A stretch of DNA of 63,849 nt, filler included, from Reclinomonas americana ATCC 50394 (taxonomy: Eukaryota): the NCBI GenBank assembly GCA_048213135.1. It is 3 parts of 2 records of this genome, joined end to end, with 100 filler letters (N's around TTAATTAATTAA, not from the genome) between each part and the next. Parts side by side here need not be neighbours in the genome. Positions count along the whole stretch, not along the records: positions 1 to 27,757 come from PS015024.1; 2 more parts are not named here. One strand, given 5' to 3'. Positions 1-13,169 of this stretch are shown here, piece by piece; position 1 is the first letter of the stretch; every line of letters begins with the position of its first letter. The notes beneath the pieces were generated by a model that saw nothing but the letters and a program-made list of their open reading frames with translations, searched no databases and had not been told where the DNA came from. Made by a program: the position numbers and the translations under genes.

Positions 1-3000
1 CCGGGCTTCGACCTGCCAGCCTCGTACAAGGACTCGACGAACAAGACGCCGCTGATCTTCGTGCTCAGTGCCGGTGCCGATCCGCTGGCTGATCTCTTTG
101 TGTTTGCCGATGAGATGAGGTTCTCCAAGAAACTCGACATGATCAGTCTGGGCCAGGATCAGGGCCCCATTGCCGAGCGCATGATCCAGGCCGCCGTGGA
201 GAACGGCACGTGGGTGCTGCTGCAGAACTGTCACTTGGCCGTGTCGTGGATGCCCGCACTCGAACGCATCTGCGAGGGCCTGGAGGATGGCAGTATTCAC
301 CCGAACTTCCGTCTGTGGCTCACGTCCATGCCGTCGGATAAGGTCAGAAAGGGGAAAGGAGGACAGGGGAGAGGGGAAAGGGGAAAGGGNNNNNNNNNNN
401 NNNNNNNNNNNNNNNNNNNNNNNNNNNNNNNNNNNNNNNNNNNNNNNNNNNNNNNNNNNNNNNNNNNNNNNNNNNNNNNNNNNNNNNNNNNNNNNNNNNN
501 NNNNNNNNNNNNNNNNNNNNNNNNNNNNNNNNNNNNNNNNNNNNNNNNNNNNNNNNNNNNNNNNNNNNNNNNNNNNNNNNNNNNNNNNNNNNNNNNNNNN
601 NNNNNNNNNNNNNNNNNNNNNNNNNNNNNNNNNNNNNNNNNNNNNNNNNNNNNNNNNNNNNNNNNNNNNNNNNNNNNNNNNNNNNNNNNNNNNNNNNNNN
701 NNNNNNNNNNNNNNNNNNNNNNNNNNNNNNNNNNNNNNNNNNNNNNNNNNNNNNNNNNNNNNNNNNNNNNNNNNNNNNNNNNNNNNNNNNNNNNNNNNNN
801 NNNNNNNNNNNNNNNNNNNNNNNNNNNNNNNNNNNNNNNNNNNNNNNNNNNNNNNNNNNNNNNNNNNNNNNNNNNNNNNNNNNNNNNNNNNNNNNNNNNN
901 NNNNNNNNNNNNNNNNNNNNNNNNNNNNNNNNNNNNNNNNNNNNNNNNNNNNNNNNNNNNNNNNNNNNNNNNNNNNNNNNNNNNNNNNNNNNNNNNNNNN
1001 NNNNNNNNNNNNNNNNNNNNNNNNNNNNNNNNNNNNNNNNNNNNNNNNNNNNNNNNNNNNNNNNNNNNNNNNNNNNNNNNNNNNNNNNNNNNNNNNNNNN
1101 NNNNNNNNNNNNNNNNNNNNNNNNNNNNNNNNNNGGACAGGGGAGAGGGGAAAGGGGAAAGGAGGACAGATTGTGTGATGAGACGACTGTTGGTTGTCTG
1201 TGTGGTGTCGTGTGCGTGCACTCCCGCTGTGGATGTTCCTGTGCATGTGCGTGTCTGTGTGTGCGTGTCTGCGTGTTTGTGACTCTTGATCTCTCTTGCT
1301 CTCTTCCTCTCTCAGTTCAGGTATCCCGTGTGTATGCGTGCTACATGCCTGGCTGGTTGTTTTTCTCTATCTCATTCTTATTGTTCTTGCTGCTCCATTC
1401 ACGTATTTGTTCCGGTCAACGTGCCTCACTCAATGTTGTATCGTGTTCACGTACGCTTTTGCCTCACCCCCGCCCTCTTGTGCTCTCCTACAGTTCCCGG
1501 TCAGTGTGCTGCAGAATGGCGTCAAGATGACCAACGAGCCGCCCAAGGGCCTGCGTGCCAATGTGCGCTCCACGTACCAGCGCTTCACCGACAAGTTCAT
1601 GGAGCACTCGAAGATGTCGCAGCTGAAGCGTGTGCTGCTCGGCTTTGCACTCTTCCATGCCGTCATTCAAGAGCGCCGCAAGTACGGCCCACTTGGCTGG
1701 TGCGTAGAATGTTGGCGGTGGAGAGGAAGAATGAGACGGTCGTCACTCACTCGCCAATCGTGCAGGAACATTCGCTACGAATTCACCACTGGTGACATGC
1801 TCTGCGGTGTGAGCCAGCTGCGTCTGCTGTTGGACCAGTACGAGGAGCCGCCATACAAGGTCATCAAGACCCTCGTCGGTCACATCAACTATGGTGGTCG
1901 TGTGACAGACGACTGGGATCGCCGCGCGCTGATGACGCTGCTCGACGGTGTGTAATGCCACTCGTCCCCCCATTTGCATGCCTCGCATCGACTTACCATT
2001 CTGTGGCTGTGCAGACTTTGTCGGCGCGAAGCAGCTGGAGCTCGGTTACCAGTACACCCCGGTGCCAGAGTACTATGTGATTGAGAAGGAGACACAGCGC
2101 GAGTATCTCGACTGGATCCAGGAGCTGCCGATCAAGGCTGGTACGTGACGGGGACAGCGATGTGGTGCAATGCATTGGTTGTGTAGATTACGGTGCTCAA
2201 CCTCCACACACAGACCCGCAAGTGTTTGGTCTGCATGAGAATGCCGATATCACTTGTGCGCAGGCCGAGTCGTACGGCATGCTGGAAACGATTCTCTCAC
2301 TGCAAGCACGGTTCGTGTGTGTGTGCGCCTGCATAGTGTGTGTTGCCAAAGGCACTCACCTGTTTCCGTCTCCTTCGCCTCCACAGTGTGGCCACCAGCG
2401 GTGGACGCACACGCGAGGATGTGATTGGTGAGACCGCCAAGGAGATCCTCGACCGCCTACCGCCTGCATTCGACATTGAAATGGTGGCGGCCAAGTACCC
2501 GACGACGTACACGGAAAGCATGAACACTGTGTTGTTGCAGGAGGTGTGTGTCGCCAGCTGTTTGTGTTGACATGCATGTGTGTGTGAGTTACTCACTGTT
2601 CCCCTCGCGCCACACGCACACAGGCCATTCGTTACAACCGACTGATTATCATCATGAAGAAGACGCTGCCGGAGCTGCTCAAGGCTCTGAAGGGTCTGGT
2701 GGTCATGAGCGAGCAGCTGGAGAAGATTGCCAGCGGCATCTTTATCAACCGCGTTGCGTCTCCAGGGTCATTGCATTCTTCTCCAAGTCGTCATTTGCAC
2801 TCACTGCTGTCTGTGCGTTTATGCAGGTGCCTGTGGCTTGGGCGGAGAAGGCGTATCCGTCACTCATGCCTCTCGCCTCGTGGTACGAGGATTTGTTGAA
2901 GCGTCTGCAATTCATTCAGGTGCGCCGACCGCAGCTTGTGGCTGACATCGAGGTCAAAGGTTACTGACTGACTGTATTCTTGTTTGTGGCAGTCGTGGTA

Positions 3001-3063
3001 TGACCATGGTNNNNNNNNNNNNNNNNNNNNNNNNNNNNNNNNTCCTCCTCCTCCTCTCTCCTC

Positions 3064-3119
<56 letters not shown>

Positions 3120-3924
3120 TTCCCACTCACTCTCACTCCGCAAATCGTTGCACGCTCTCCTCTACCCCTCTCTTCTCCTTCCCTTCTTCCACATCCCTCT
3201 CCTTTCAACCCCCTCCCCCCTTCCCTTTCCCTCCACAAACCTCCACAGTGAGCACATAGTTCGTCGAGTGACCCGTGGTCGACAGCGTGCCGGCACGGGT
3301 GAGCGTCTTGTACACTGGGCACAGGTAGATGCCGGTGGTGGGCTTCTCGCGCAGCACCTCGGGCTTGAGCCAAATGACGGGCATGTCGGTGTACAGCTCC
3401 TTTGGTCTGGACTCGTCCAAGTAGCCAGCATCCAGATTCCATCGTGCGCCTTCCAGGAACAGACCGCGAATGTACACGCCGTCGGGTGGTGGTGTCGTCA
3501 GCGACGCCCACGGTTCGCGCACAATCACAAACGAGAAGCTGACGGTATCGATCGACACTTGGTGGCGACGAGCATAGTTTTGCAGCGTGCCTGGTGATGC
3601 ACACAGTCAGCCAAACCGCATGCTTCCTCAACAAAATGGCACACGCATCGCACCAGTGAGGAAAGCCTGCGGGAAGAAGAATCCGGAAATCCAGAAGCTT
3701 GGTGGCGTNNNNNNNNNNNNNNNNNNNNNNNNNNNNNNNNNNNNNNNNNNNNNNNNNNAATAGAAAGGGGGGAGAGAGAAAGAGAGATTGTGGATGTTCA
3801 TGGATATGGTGAACGAGTGACTGACGATCTCTTCCCTTTGTGCCCTCTGCAGTTGCCATCGGCGCAACCCGACAGCCACTGGATCAAGCGTGGTGTGGCG
3901 TTGTTCTGTGCACTAGACTTTTGA
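1..3924 (+). CDS. Axonemal (inner-arm, DNAH1-like) dynein heavy chain, 3' part, multi-exon, 5' end outside window
   Basis: AAA6/C-terminal motifs PLIFVLSAGADP, ISLGQDQGP, WVLLQNCHLA, FRLWLTS, NEPPKGLRAN, NYGGRVTDDWDRR, FGLHENA, YTESMNTVL; last exon LPSAQPDSHWIKRGVALFCALDF* (TGA 3922-3924). GT-AG introns keep frame. Two exons lie on a flipped contig. Confidence 0.95.
3241..3708 (-). CDS. Two penultimate dynein exons on a mis-oriented contig
   Basis: TPPSFWISGFFFPQAFLTG and TLQNYARRHQVSIDT...GLFLEGARW...CPVYKTLTRAGTLSTTGHSTNYV; joins seamlessly to SWYDHG at 3010 when reversed. Confidence 0.93.
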
Positions 3925-4036
3925 GCTGTAGTTTGTTTGTTGTGTTTTTTCTCCCCATACTCTGTTTATGCAAACAAAGAAAAAGTGTACACATTTTCCC
4001 CCCTTTCATTAGTTGTGCATTGATGATGATTGATGA

Positions 4037-5779
4037 TTACAGTGGCGTCAGGTATCCATTCGACTTGTTGAGGATGGTGAGCTCCTCCACAAAGTCTTCG
4101 GCGCGCAACTCACCGTGCGCCATGAGGTCCAAGATCTCCTCCGTGGTGAACCACGAGGCTTGCAACGAGTCCAAATCGGCCTGAGAAGGAACACGTCAGC
4201 TCATGGGTGCAATCACCAGTGTATGCAACCAGCTGCGTCACTCCACCTCTTCAATGGTCTTCAGTGTGCCGCCAGTCAACCTAGTGCAGCACAAAGCAGT
4301 GTCAGAAAAAGAAGCAGTCCAGGAGGCAAGGGGAAACAGACTCACTTGCCCGTCACCGCAATCCGCAGCCAGTCTTGATCACCTGCGCGCGCTACATTGG
4401 TGAGCACAACTCAGACACTCTGACGCCCTCACCACACATTCATGCGCACCACTGTAGTGGGTGACCTTGACAATGTGCGTCGGCTTCAGGTCCATGCCGG
4501 CCTCGGCTTTGCAACATCTGATCGCCGCGTCGGGGAACGTCTCGCCCACGTTGACTTGCGCGGCCGGAGCGTACCATCTGGGGTTCACGGGGATCGTGAG
4601 GGGAAGGGGGATGGAGGGAGAGGGAGAGGGAGAGGGAGGAGAGGGGTGAAGAGAGAGAAGGGAAGGGACAGAAGCATGCAAGCAGAGTGAAGAGCCAGCA
4701 GAGAAGGAGGAAGGGAGAGAAGGCACAGTGGCATGCGAGTAGTGCGGAAGAAGTCAGGAGATCATCACAGAGGGGGAAGAAAAAGGACAGAAGCATGCAA
4801 TCACAGAGGGAAAGAACCAGCACAGAACGACATAGGGAGAAGGAGAGGGGGGATGGGAGAGAAAAGGGAGCAGCGAACAACAGAGAGAGACAGCAGGGAC
4901 AGATGCAAGAAGAGAGGGGTGTGCCGGCAGAGAACAAGTTAAAGAGAGAGAGACAGAAGGAAAGGAAAAGGGAAGCATGCAAGCAGAGAAGGAGCGGAGC
5001 AGAGAACAAGTGAAGGAGAAGCAGACAGGAAGAGAAAGGAATTGTCAGAATTATGCAACCACGGCACAGAAGGGGAGAAGACGAGGAGAAGAAGGGAGAA
5101 ATAGTATCGAAGCATTATGGCAGACAGAGGGAAAAGCAAGCAGAGAACGAGTGAAGGAGAGGGAGATAGGAAGGGAATGGAAAAGGGACGAAGCATGCAA
5201 GAAGAGAGGGGTGTGCCGGCAGAGAACGAGTGAAGGAGAGGGAGATAGGAAGGGAATGGAAAAGGGACAGAAGCATGCAACCAGAGAAGGAGCGGGGCAG
5301 AGAACAAGTGAAGGAGAAGCAGACAGGAAGAGAAGGAAAATTGACAGAAGTATGCAACCAGAGAGAGCAACCAGCAAAAGAACGACACAGAACGGCACAG
5401 AACGGCACAGAAGGGGAGAAGAAGAGAAGAAGGATAGAAGCAAAAGCAGAGAGAGCCAGAATAGATCGACACAGAGAGGAAGGTGCAACAAAGAACGGGG
5501 AAAGCGACCGAAACATAAGCAGAGAACGACAGAGGAGAAGAAGATGCGAGAAAGAAACCAACAAGCAGGCATGCGACAGGCACACCGCTGACGTAACTTG
5601 CCACGCGACGACTCCTACGATGCGCATATGTGTCCAGGAAAAAGCACGGAGAGACAAAGATTCGATGTTGGTGGACAGGGGAACACACACAGACGCAGGA
5701 ACACGCACACACCTTGGACTCTTGAATGAGGAGCATGCGTCCTTCATCGTCCTTGATGATGCACGACACGATCAGGCGT
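4037..5779 (-). CDS. NUDT18-like Nudix-fold protein with degenerate Nudix box (5' exons uncertain, possibly to ~6400)
   Basis: Spliced product RLIVSCIIKDDEGRMLLIQESK/ESSRGK/WYAPAAQVNVGETFPDAAIRCCKAEAGM...WLRIAVTGK/LTGGTLKTIEE/ADLDSLQASWF resembles NUDT18 (LLIQEAK...WYLPAG...TGGILKT...ADAESLQAAW); TAA at 4037-4039. Confidence 0.8.
4600..5575. repeat. Purine-rich degenerate intronic repeat array
   Basis: Recurring GACAGAAGCATGCAA and duplicated blocks such as AAGAAGAGAGGGGTGTGCCGGCAGAGAAC inside the Nudix intron. Confidence 0.8.
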
Positions 5780-6520
5780 CTGCACGCACACGCAGTCAGG
5801 TTGTCATGAGTGACAGGAATGATTGGGGCGACGACGGATTCGGCAACCCGCCGCCTTGTTGCCCATCATCAATGCGGTCGCCTCGCGCAAAGAGAATCGC
5901 ATCCACGAGCGCATCACACACACATACATACACACACGAGGAGGACACGAGCACAGGAAAAGGGAGGAGGAGGAGGGAGAGGGAGAGGGAGAGAAGAGTG
6001 TATCACGAACACACAAAGGCAAAAGAGAAACGCAACACTCGATGCATGGTGTGTTGGAAAAACTGGGAGGGAGCCGGCTGAGCGAGCGAGAGAGAGCGAG
6101 AGTGTGTGAGTGGCGCAGACAGCGAAGAGAGAGAGAGCACACAGGGCGTGTCCGCGCTGTGTTTTGTGTGTGTGTGCGCGCCGAGTGACAGTGTGCGCAA
6201 CTTTGGAGAGAACACTGGTGCGAGAGTCTACGAGCGCGGAAGGTGTTGAACGGGTGGTGCGCGATGAGAGAAAGCAACGAGAGCAGAGCAACGAGTGCGC
6301 ACAAGACTGAGCGATTGATTGATTGATTGGTGCGTTCGAAGTCTCGGACCCGGACGCCTTGCGAAGGCAGCGCAGTGCTTATCCCTGCGCCACAGTGCAA
6401 ATGCATCTAACGAAGCTTCACCCCGAATAATGTCCACATCTCCATTCTCTGTACACTCATTTTTCTACGTTTTTTCAACCTTGTTGCATTGCAAGTCGGG
6501 GCGCATCTTCTCGTCCTCGT

Positions 6521-7249
6521 TTACACCGCAACGACCTGCGTTCCGTGGCCCACGCTGCTCTTCAGCACCTTGCGCAGGTTGGCAAGCAGCTGCGGGAATT
6601 TCGGGGAAATGAGCACGCGCGCAGAGGGTGTTATCAAAATGAAGAGGCACTTGTCACGACGCAACGTTGTAGTGGAAGTCAAAGTACTCCTCAAAGGTGA
6701 TCTTGCCGTCGTGGTTGGCGTCCAGCTCGCTGTGGATGGCCAAGCGTTAGTGTGTGAGTGAGAGACAGAGAGAACACAGAGAGAGGAGAGAAAAGAACGC
6801 ACGAAAAGTGCTTGTTGACGTGCTCCTCCTGATCCGGCGTCAGCGCGCTGGCGCTGCTCTGCTTGGTCCAGTAGTTGGCAAAGAGGCGACGCTGTGACAC
6901 ACAACACGTACGTGGTGGCGTGTGAGAGACGTCACAGTCAACACACACTGATTGTTGTCGCGCGCACAACGCACCAGCTCGGAGATGTCAAGCGTCTGGT
7001 TGCGGTCGGCGTCGATGAGGTCGAACTCCATGCGGCAGTCGCTCTTCAGGCGCTGTTTTGTGCGGTGGGAGAGGTGAGAAGGGATGATGTGCGGCACGCG
7101 TCGTGGGGAGGAGGAGAAGAAAACGCAACGTCAACGTTGGTCAGCTGCTCGTCGAGCCATTGGATCTGTGGTGAGAGGTGAGGGGGTGAGAGAGAGGAAG
7201 GGTGGAGGGTGGGAGGGTGGGAGGGAGACGAAACGTAAGCGTCAGACAT
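6521..7249 (-). CDS. Small two-EF-hand calcium-binding protein (6 exons)
   Basis: MSDAY/IQWLDEQLTN/RLKSDCRMEFDLIDADRNQTLDISEL/.../ELDANHDGKITFEEYF.../LLANLRKVLKSSVGHGTQVVAV*; two canonical EF loops. Confidence 0.85.
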
Positions 7250-7324
7250 GTTTTTCTTCTCTCGCAAGACAGTTATCGAACGGCGGTTTCAATGTGTCGG
7301 CCGGTTTTGGAGGAAATCGCGGGT

Positions 7325-8821
7325 TTAATTGGCAAATCGTAGTCTACAGTACGACTCAATGCTGTTTCCTGCTAACAAAAACTCAACAGCCTCTGCGTCG
7401 ATGTCAAACGCAGCGTCCACGGACCGGCCATCAATGGCAACTGTCTGGCCACCGGAAATGCGATTGAGATGGTACAGTTTCTTCTTCTCCAGCTCGAAGA
7501 AACTCAGGCCGACACGGCGCGGCCCCGATTTCACCGGGTGCGGATAGATGTGCCACTGTCCCCAGTCTCCGAGGCACACGGTGATGTGAAGCGGGTCGGC
7601 TGCGTGCTTGTACAAGCCGGCGGATAGAAAACGCCTCGACGGGTCACACGCATCCCACAGTGCACGGAACAGCTCGGCTTGTCGGCGTTGATGATCTCCG
7701 TTGCTTTTGCACGTCTCCAGGAACTCGAGGAGTTTCTTGCCCGTGATATGGTGCCTGGATCCGGAATAACCGGTACCGTGAAACACGCCCTTCTCGTCGA
7801 CCAGGCCCACCGCCTGGCCGCTGTCACCGAAGACGGTGAAAGGAACCTGCAACGTAATGCAATAAGAACAGCGGTAGCAACTGCCGCTGATGAGAAGCAG
7901 AACCTTGCGAACGACACAGTAGGCCTGTTCGTATATCCTTGCCCTCGCCAGTCGCTTTCCCTCGAAGCTCAAGCCGACTTCGTCAAACGTGAACATGCGC
8001 CGAAGGTCCGCGATGTCAGGGATGAAATTGCCGGTCCGCCTCGTGTACTCGAGCCTGACGTGTTGGCGTTGCTGCTCCCGTACGTCTTCATCTGTGGCAC
8101 TCTGTGCGACGAAAACGACGACGAGATCACGAAATCAATTGCATCGAAATCTGCGCAGCGATGCTGCGAAAGAAGGCTGCTCTCACCGACGAAGAAGCAC
8201 CATCAGCGGAAGCTGAGCTGCTTGAATACGAAGTAGAACGGCTTGACGTGGCATTAGACGCAGTCTCATCATCGTCGTCGTCATTGTCTGTGGGCACCAC
8301 ACGCCGTCTTGGCGGTTCTGAGAAGGATCTCGCAATTCTTCCGTCGTGGTGAACTCGAGTCTGATCGGCCGGAAGGCGGCGTCTGTCGGCTCGAGAACGG
8401 CATGGCCCCTTCACCAGCTCCTCCCACTCAGCCTGACCACCTGTGGGGTCCTCAACCACAGTGTGCTCTCCACCTGTTGCAGCAGCAACTGCAGGCACCG
8501 CCGCCAGCGGTGGCTGCAATCGCGATCGCCATAATCAGTTCGAATTCATCGATCACACCTCAACAACGCAGCGACCGCGACATGCAGCATGAGGACATTC
8601 ACCTCAAAGCCCTGAAGAGTGCACTCCTGGGGACCCCTCTCTTGTGTCAGGCACGACAGAGCTGGCGACACATCTCTCACACGACTTGTTTGCAAGCCGG
8701 CGGCACAATCAATCGCGACTGCAGAGGTATGGCCGGCGCCAGACACTGGTGCCGCCGACAGCGCCCAGTGCGACACTGAATAGGAATCAGCCTCCTGGTC
8801 CACACCACTGCCGCTCGCCAT
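7325..8821 (-). CDS. Hypothetical protein (low-complexity N-terminus, globular C-terminal ~240 aa)
   Basis: In-frame exons linked by GT-AG introns (...SSASADGASSS/SATDEDVREQ...RRMFTFDEVG...YCRLRFAN*); family not recognised; 5' exon structure tentative. Confidence 0.55.
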
Positions 8822-9183
8822 CGCAATCGAAACAAACTCAAACTGGTGGAATTTCACAATCCGCACGCCTGGATCGATCCGGATAGCGCCTGCGCTATGC
8901 AGCTGTCACTTGCCAACACGTACACTTGTCACGAGCTTCCACGAAGATCACCAGCAAGTCTTATGTGCCCCATTTTCCAGAGAAACCGCCTTATGTAAAC
9001 ACACTGCCAGCAGGGAAAGCACTCGTCACCAGCAGCAGCGATCACCAATGGACACCTATCGTGGTGCATCAGGTGTTGATTGTACTCGTGAACAGGAAAC
9101 TGCACGCTGCGCTGCGACGCCATTCTGATGTGCCACCATCTACAGAAACGGAAGCGATAGACCGACGTCATCACTTCCCTTGC

Positions 9184-9805
9184 ATGCTTTCGAACGCCCT
9201 CACCGCGCTCTCTCTCTTCAGCACCTCCGCCACCGTCTGGTGGTGGTTCTCCGCCGCCATCCTCGTCGTCGCCCTGGCCGCCTGGTGGCTCATCTCCTAC
9301 ACCACCTCTCTCGCACAACCTCCCGAACTCTACCACGCCCCCACCGACCGCAACCGCGAGCTCGTGCGCCGCTGTCCCTCGCTCAATCAGCGCTTCTATC
9401 CCACACCTTGGGCCACCAATGGTCACCTGCAGAGGTGTGCGCGATGTGTGTGAGAGAGAGTGATGACATCACACAATTTGACTGATGCACTTGTGTGTGC
9501 ATGCAGCATTCTGTACTCGCAACGCATGGCGCCAGAGACCAAGATCGAGCGGGACTTTATCCGCGCCTATGATGGGGGTTAGTTGTGAGAGAAGAAGGGA
9601 GAGAAGGGAAGAGGGGAGAGTGATGCAGTAAGAAGGAAGAGCTTGTGATGCAGTGAGAAGGAAGAGTTTGTGATTGCAGTGAGTGAGTGAGAGAGTGGAG
9701 AGTGAGTGAGAAGGGAGAGTGAGCGATTGCAGTGGTTGCAGCGACGAGAGGAAGACAGAAGAAGAGAAGGAAGATTGACGCATCAATGATCACTGATTGC
9801 AGTGT

Positions 9806-9861
<56 letters not shown>

Positions 9862-10212
9862 AAGAAGAGAGAGAGNNNNNNNNNNNNNNNNNNNNNNNNN
9901 NNNNNNNNNNNNNNNNNNNNNNNNNNNNNNNNNNNNNNNNNNNNNNNNNNNNNNNNNNNNNNNNNNNNNNNNNNNNNNNNNNNNNNNNNNNNNNNNNNNN
10001 NNNNNNNNNNNNNNNNNNNNNNNNNNNNNNNNNNNNNNNNNNNNNNNNNNNNNNNNNNNNNNNNNNNNNNNNNNNNNNNNNNNNNNNNNNNNNNNNNNNN
10101 NNNNNNNNNNNNNNNNNNNNACGTACGTAGGGTAGTAGAGAGAAAGGAAGGAGTAGAAGGAAGGAGGGAAGGAGGAGAGAGAGAGAAGAGAGAGTAGTCG
10201 TAGAGTAGAGAG

Positions 10213-10262
<50 letters not shown>

Positions 10263-12612
10263 AATAAAAGGAGAGTGAGCGATTGCAGTGATTGCAGCGA
10301 CGAGAGGAAGACAGAAGAAGGAGAAGGAGGATCATTGGGCACATCAATGATCGCAGTGAGTGACCAGATTGCAGTGCGAGAGAAGAGAGAGAGAGAGAAG
10401 AAGGAAGCGTGAGCGACAGTGAATGCAATGAGGGAGAGCCAGGGATACTGAGAAGAAGAGAGAGTGAGCGATTGCAGAGAGTGAGAGAGTGGGATTGCGA
10501 GAAGAAACAGAAGACGATTAGATGGGAGAGAGCGATTCCAGCGACAGCAGTGAGTGAGAGAGCGACAAGAAGAGAAGAAGAGAGTGAGTAATACAGTGAT
10601 CGCAGCGACTGGAGTGACTGCAGAGAGAGTGAGATGCATGCAGAAGTAAGAGTGCGGTTGCAGCGAATCACAGTGTGCAGCGTTTGAGAGAGAGAGAGAG
10701 AGTGTTAGAGTGTGAGAGAGCGAGGTGGCGATTGAGAAAGTGAGGGAGTGAGTGAGTGTTCTTGTGCATTCTGGTAACATCCGTGACGTATGCAGAGCAC
10801 TTGGTGTTGGACTGGACGTGCGAGCCATCGGTGGCATGCTACGAGTGCACACCAGTGGCGATAGTTCTGCATGGGATCACAGGGCACTCGGAGCAGCCGA
10901 CGTTGCGTCTCGCCGTCTCTCTTCGTCTCTTGGAAAGTGCGTGGTTGTGACGCCTTTCGTCTGCTGCTGGCAGGATGCAATGCCTGGCGACGTCGCTGGC
11001 CTCGGTCGGGTTCCGTGCGGTGATCTTCAATCGCCGTGGCTGCCATCATGAGGCGCCGTTGCAGAAGCCGGTGACGTATGCGTATGGCGACTTTGTGGTG
11101 CGTCGGGCGACCAGGGAGTCAAAGAGATGGATGCAAGGGAGGGGCAGCGCATCGGCGTATCTCTCATTCTCTGCCTTGCTGTTTCTTCGTCTTTCGCATC
11201 TCTCTCTCTCTCTCTCTTGTCACTCATCGAGACACCATCGTCTTGTTTTGGTGCCCCCTCTCTCACATTCCATCCTTCTGTTTGTTGCGTGTTATTACTC
11301 CCCTTTCGCGTGCACATTGATCTCTTACACCCTCTCTGCATTCATTCAGGTCTCGCTCTCTTGCCCCTTTCTTTCTCTCTCGTGTATTCTTGTGGAGTCG
11401 CTCTCCACTATTGTTTATTGCGAGTTCTTTATATCCTTCTGCACCGCGTCATCCTCACTCACTCTGATTCTGTATCCTCCTGCTACTCTTCCTCACCTTC
11501 CTTGACCTCCGTACTCTCCCTGACCGAATGTTGTATCCCTTGGCTTCTTTCTTGCTCACCGACTCGTCTTGTCCTTGTTCTTCTCTTGATTCGCCCCTTC
11601 CCTTCCCTCTCCTCTCCCTCCCCCCTTCCTCATCATTCCGCTCTGCACGCCCCACAGGACATGGACTGCGTCGTGGAGCACGTGCACGACCGCTTCCCCA
11701 AGGCACCGATTGTGGCCATTGGTGTGTCGTGCGGAGCCAACATTCTCGTGAATTTCATGGGTGCCGCTGGCGAGGTGAGCGGGAGTGTATGCAATGCGAG
11801 CATGTGGGACGGGCACTGACACACACACACACACGCACACTCGATGCAGCATTGCCGCTTAAGTGCAGGCATCTCGGTCTCCAATGGCTTCCGCATTCGC
11901 GAAGGTGTTGGCCAGCTGCCGTGGGTCTACGACATGCTGTTGGCACAAATGTGCAAGGGCTTCTTTGTGGAGCGACACATGCATCATTTTGAGCAGCACC
12001 CGAAGGTCAACCTCGATACCGTTCGTCGTGTGCGCTCCGCACGCGAGTTTGATGTGAGCTGGAGGGTGGATTGTTCGGGGATGTAGGATGGCAAGCCGGG
12101 TTTCTACATGTTCAGTGTCGATGCTTACGACTTTGTTGACGGAGTTCTCTTTGTCTGGCTCTCTGTGCTCGCTCTCTGCTCGCTCGTCTCTCACTCTCTC
12201 TACTCGCTCGTCTCTCACTCTCTCTGCTCGCTCGTCTCTCACTCTCTCTGCTCGCTCGTCTCTCACTCTCTCTGCTCGCTCGTCTCTCACTCTCTCTGCT
12301 CGCTCGTCTCTCACTCTCTCTGCTCGCTCGTCTCTCACTCTCTCTGCTCGCTCGTCTCTCACTCTCTCTGCTCGCTCGTTTCACTCTCTGCTCGCTCGTC
12401 TCTCACTCTTTGCTCGCTCGTTTCACTCTTTGCTCGCTCGTTTCACTCTCTGCTCGCTCGTTTCTCACTCTCTGCTCGCTCGTTTCTCACTCTCTGCTCG
12501 CTCGTTTCACTCTCTACTCGCTCGTTTCACATTCTCTACTCGCTCGTTTCACACTCTCTACTCGCTCGTCTCTCACTCTCTACTCGCTCGTTTCACTCTC
12601 TCTGCCGCTCAT

Positions 12613-12650
<38 letters not shown>

Positions 12651-13104
12651 NNNNNNNNNNNNNNNNNNNNCGTTTCCTCTCACATGCTCACCCTCACATC
12701 GTTGCAGTTTTACGACGCCCAGAGCTCGGCGGCCTTTTTGAGTTTCGTGAATCTCCCAAAACTTAAGCCTCCCTCGCCCACTCTTCTCACTTCCTTGCCC
12801 CTACCAACAGACCGCGTGGCCAGACCACTCCTCATCCTCAACGCTCGTGACGACCCGCTCATCGACCCCAAGCTGTTGCCGATTGATGAGCACCAAGCGA
12901 ATCCCAATCTCATCTTTGCTGTCACCGAGTGGTGAGCCTGTGTGACTCGCAGTGGTGCTGTGGAGGAGAGAGGAGTTGCTGACATACCACCACCGCCTGC
13001 GCAGTGGTGGACACGTGGGCTACCTGCAGGGTTTCAATAACGCGCGAACATATGTCGACCGTGTGGCTGGCGAGTTTTTCCACGCCGTATTGCAGTGCAC
13101 ATGA
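9184..13104 (+). CDS. ABHD1/2/3 (YheT-like) alpha/beta hydrolase
   Basis: N-terminal hydrophobic anchor, FYPTPWATNGHLQ, LHGITG, FNRRGC, nucleophile GVSCG, NARDDP, GGHVGY; one exon probably lost in the 12651-12670 gap. Confidence 0.9.
12168..12600. repeat. Intronic 24-bp minisatellite (TCTCTGCTCGCTCGTCTCTCACTC)n, decaying to shorter units
   Basis: Visible tandem copies; gives the spurious RVRDERAE ORF. Confidence 0.9.
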
Positions 13105-13169
13105 GCCACACACACGCTTTTCCCCTCCCGTGAAAAAATGGATTGTTCAGCTGTTGTTTTTATAACTTA

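Noticed and set aside
7282-8990. GGCGGTTTC / GAAACCGCC inverted 9-mer flanking the orphan gene as a second TIR element
   Set aside because: Only 9 bp, with no convincing TSD and no further symmetry.
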